Shown here piece by piece: positions 60,880 to 64,000 of a DNA stretch of 64,000 nt. A program made the position numbers and the translations under genes. Origin of the DNA: Ginglymostoma cirratum (lineage: Eukaryota); NCBI GenBank assembly GCA_024137785.1, contig JAHRHZ010000018.1, positions 13,117,679-13,181,678 of the forward strand, in the 5' to 3' direction. How positions within the stretch are numbered: position 1 is the stretch's first letter; each line of letters begins with the position of its first letter. Under the pieces are notes generated by a model. That model did not search any database, had not been told where the DNA came from, and saw nothing but the letters and a program-made list of their open reading frames with translations.

Positions 60880-61530
60880 CCAATAACAGGATACTGCTCT
60901 CAAGCCAAAAAGTCATTCTAACAATCGCATCAATGGGAAACGTAAGATGTGAATTTCAGTGTCAGTGAAATTCCAGGTATCTAAGTAGTAAGCCCCAATA
61001 ACTGGTGGATGGTAGCAGACAACAGGCCCTTCCAACTGTTTGCAACAAACAAGGCGCTGACCATATCTAACCAAGCCAAGCTTATGAAATTTGCAATGCA
61101 TAGTCTAACATTAATGCAATTCTGCAATTGGACAACTAACACAGACTTTTCACTCAGGTTGACACTGTGATGTACTTGTATATGTTGGAAACTGCATATA
61201 TTAATAATCAGAGCCCTGTTCTTTGCAGAGAGAAAGAACATTTGCACACATTCCCCTGTTTTGACTTAACAAAATAGATTACAGCCACTTGTCTGTTCAT
61301 TTCTTTGGACAATGCATTGACCAATTAGAGTTAAGCTGCCTTTTAATTTTAAAATATAAGCCTGGCAGTTAACTGCCATTTATCATGGATTGGTACCTTC
61401 TCCATGGCAACACCTCTTGCCAACTAATCAGCACTCACCTTTTGAATCAGTATTCTTGTAAATTGTCCTGATGAGTGAAGATGAAAAGCTTCAAGAAAAT
61501 ATGCTTTTTTTCAGCAATACTCAAGTTGTT
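60880..61530 (+). mobile_element. Old Penelope/Poseidon-like element (third family): decayed GIY-YIG plus 3' UTR hammerhead
   Basis: MGNVRCEFQCQ*NSRYLS..Q*LVD (cf. NVVYEFQCxCxxRYVG), NSAIGQ and LETAYINNQSPVLCREKEH. CTGATGA..GAAA-agct-TC at 61468-61492. Confidence 0.7.
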
Positions 61531-62489
61531 TACTACCAATTGACTACTTAGAAACATGTTTGTTATTTCTGTATGGTATGCGAGACATAGTATAATAGAC
61601 ATAGACATAGCTGCACAATTTTAGAAAGTAAATACATTTGTCTGAGGAATCTATTCTCCAGGCATTTGAAGGTTATAGAATATGTGCTATAACATTGCAC
61701 ACCTTGTCTCTAGCCAGTGCTTCATTGATCACTTGTCCTTGATGAACCTATGGGATCAACAGGTTGTTGTTGGATTGAAGAAGGCACATTTCTCACACTT
61801 ATATCAGTGTTCCCTTATATTTCAAAGTAAGGCAGGCAGAATGAGGATGCCTCACATCATAGGCGAGCGATGTCTGTGAAGACAATACCATGGAGCTGCT
61901 CAGTTAGAGCTTTGAAGGTCTGAGACCTTCATCTCAGAAATAAAAGCACACTTATTTGTAAATTAAAGATATCCAGGCCACTGTAATAATGACTGAGCTT
62001 GCAAAGTCAATGCAGAGTTGATCTTGATGAAGGAATGAATTTGCTTATTGTGTGTCATTAGTTATTTGCAGGGAACACAGAGATTCCAAATGCTCTTGAG
62101 CAGGCGAGGAACATGCAACAGAGAATCTGCTATCATCACCCACATTGATATTGGCTATCAACACTGACATGAGTCATGGGAAAGATGGAAAGAACTTGCA
62201 TTTACGTTGCAACTTCTACAACCTCTCCAAAGCCGTTTGTGGTCAAAGAGGTACTTACTGAGGATCTGTAGTAGCTGACCCACAGGGTATTAATGCTGTT
62301 GGCTTTTGCAACTCCCCAGCTGATTTTAGCTGCCCTGTTTTCAAATCTTTGTGTTTGATAGAAGGATTGCTTGCATCCAGTGATTACTGAGTTACCGACA
62401 CAGGATTGTTAGTGGGAAGCATCCGATAGAAAAAGAAACTGGGTCCTCCAAAGTCGTTCTTCTTCAGTTGAACAGGACTTCAAGGTTAA

Positions 62490-62680
62490 TAGAAGTCATA
62501 GATTCATACAGCAAAGAAACAGGCCCTTCGGCCCACCATGTTGATACCAACCAATGAGCACCAAACTACACAAATGACATTTACCTGCACTTGGTCCATA
62601 GTCTATGATGCACTGGCATTTTAAGTGCTCATCCAGATGCTTGTTAAATGTTGGTAAGGACCTGCCTCCCAACACCTCTT
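62490..62680 (-). mobile_element. CR1 3' tail fragment
   Basis: catacagcaaagaaacaggcccttcggcccaccatg...catccagatgcttgttaaatgtt. Confidence 0.75.
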
Positions 62681-63164
62681 AATGCTTAAAGTGTATATTG
62701 TGTACCCAACTGATATTATGATCCATCGAACCAATGAAGCAAAATATCAGCAGAAGTATGCCTTGAAGATGTTGGAACAATATACTGCCCAGTTTATGCC
62801 GTCTGATGTGAATTGCACCCAGCCAGGAGTGGCCCACATAAAAGCAGCTTTAATGATTTCTTTTTAGTTGAATGCTTGGCAGCAGTTGATACCACAGGCA
62901 TGTCTGATGGACTAGAGATGGAGTTAATGTGTTTCGTTCGGTGTTAGGTACTTTGCCTAATGATATTGACACATAGTGGCAGATCACAGGCTTGTCAGTC
63001 ACAATCTGCTCATTGACAGCAACCAATGAAGTACCTTGCAGAAGGGAAGCTTGGAAAATCTGCTGTCTAAAATACACTGTGGCAATAACTCCATCAGCTC
63101 AGGTTCAAAGCTGAGGCTTGGCACCTCGTGCAATCGTCCATGTTGCATTTTGTTAAGGGAAGAA

Positions 63165-63600
63165 AATGAAAGGATTGCATTTGCACATAACACTTCGCAA
63201 CCACTGGATATCCCAAAACCAATTACGTGTTTTTTACGTGTAGCCACTGTTGTAACGTAGGAAATGCAACCGCCAATTTGTGTGAGCAACCACAAAAGCA
63301 AATGTGAAAAATTTCGGATAATGTTATGATGCTGATTAAGGGTTGAATTTGAGACAGACAACTCCCCTGCAGTTCTGATAAATACTGTCATGTGATCTTT
63401 TGCAGCTGTCTGAGTGGACATGGCCTCATGGAAAGTTTCATATAGATAACAGCAACAGTGCGGCCCTCCCTCAGCACAGCATAAGGAAGCCAGTCTAGGA
63501 TCCTGTGTGTAAGTCTTAGCATATGCAAGTTTTAGCGTGTGCAAGGCAACAACTTTCAGACTCAAGAGGTGAGAGCACGATCCACAGCCAAGACAGAGTT
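63165..63600 (-). mobile_element. Old tRNA/Deu-type SINE (SacSINE1-like) with L2 tail
   Basis: gtgtagccactgttgtaacgtaggaaatgc..ccaatttgtg, acaactcccctgc, ctccctcagcac..cagtctag and a tRNA-like head (gactcaagaggtgagagc). Confidence 0.65.
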
Positions 63601-64000
63601 GACACTTTCATTTTAACTTAAACTTATGTTGAAAGTTGTTCGAAACAAAGAAACTGTTTTCTTTGTATTTTACTCATGGGGAAACCTCGACGTATGTCAC
63701 TCCCCCAGTGCTTATAATTCTTGAACCAAGTGTAAATATTTAAAACAGAAAACGTGATCCAGCAATGATATGTTTCATATTTCTTTGCTTCGATTTTTAA
63801 TATTCTGTCACTTCGTTGCCAAACATCATTTACACACAACAGCACCTTTCTGGTAGAAGCCTCTTGTCTGAAATCTGTTTTCCCTCAGTGCTGGAATTGT
63901 TTTTGTTTAAATGGAATTGCCACATGAGTGATGAGCTAGCCAGTGTGCTGCGAGCATTCGTCAAATTGGCAATTCACATTTTGTCCAAGTGGGAGTTACA

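Noticed and set aside
62999-63565. 188-aa minus-strand ORF
   Set aside because: It mostly overlaps an old SINE and has no protein motifs.

Overview
This is non-coding, repeat-dense vertebrate DNA, almost certainly from a shark. It carries HE1 SINEs, HER1/CR1, L2, Rex1/Babar and RTE LINEs, and Penelope-like elements (PLEs). No host protein-coding gene, rRNA or true tRNA gene can be supported, and nearly all ORFs in the track are transposon fragments or chance ORFs, so the window is probably intergenic or inside a large intron. The largest feature is a decayed but complete Gmr1-like Gypsy element (158-8589) with both LTRs, a 4-bp TSD and integrase placed before RT. Several younger elements are nested inside it. 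The most striking pattern is a set of ~210-250 bp fold-back (palindromic) mini-elements made only of PLE 3' ends. They are flanked by 8-13 bp target-site duplications and always fold at the 5' edge of a minimal hammerhead-ribozyme core (CTGANGA-helix II-GAAA-NTH). Also present are a local ~365-bp direct duplication that ends at a PLE junction, a chain of hairpins in unique sequence at 50.5-50.9 kb, and several CNE/enhancer-like blocks. All family names come from motif recognition by eye, not database searches, and boundaries of old elements are approximate.
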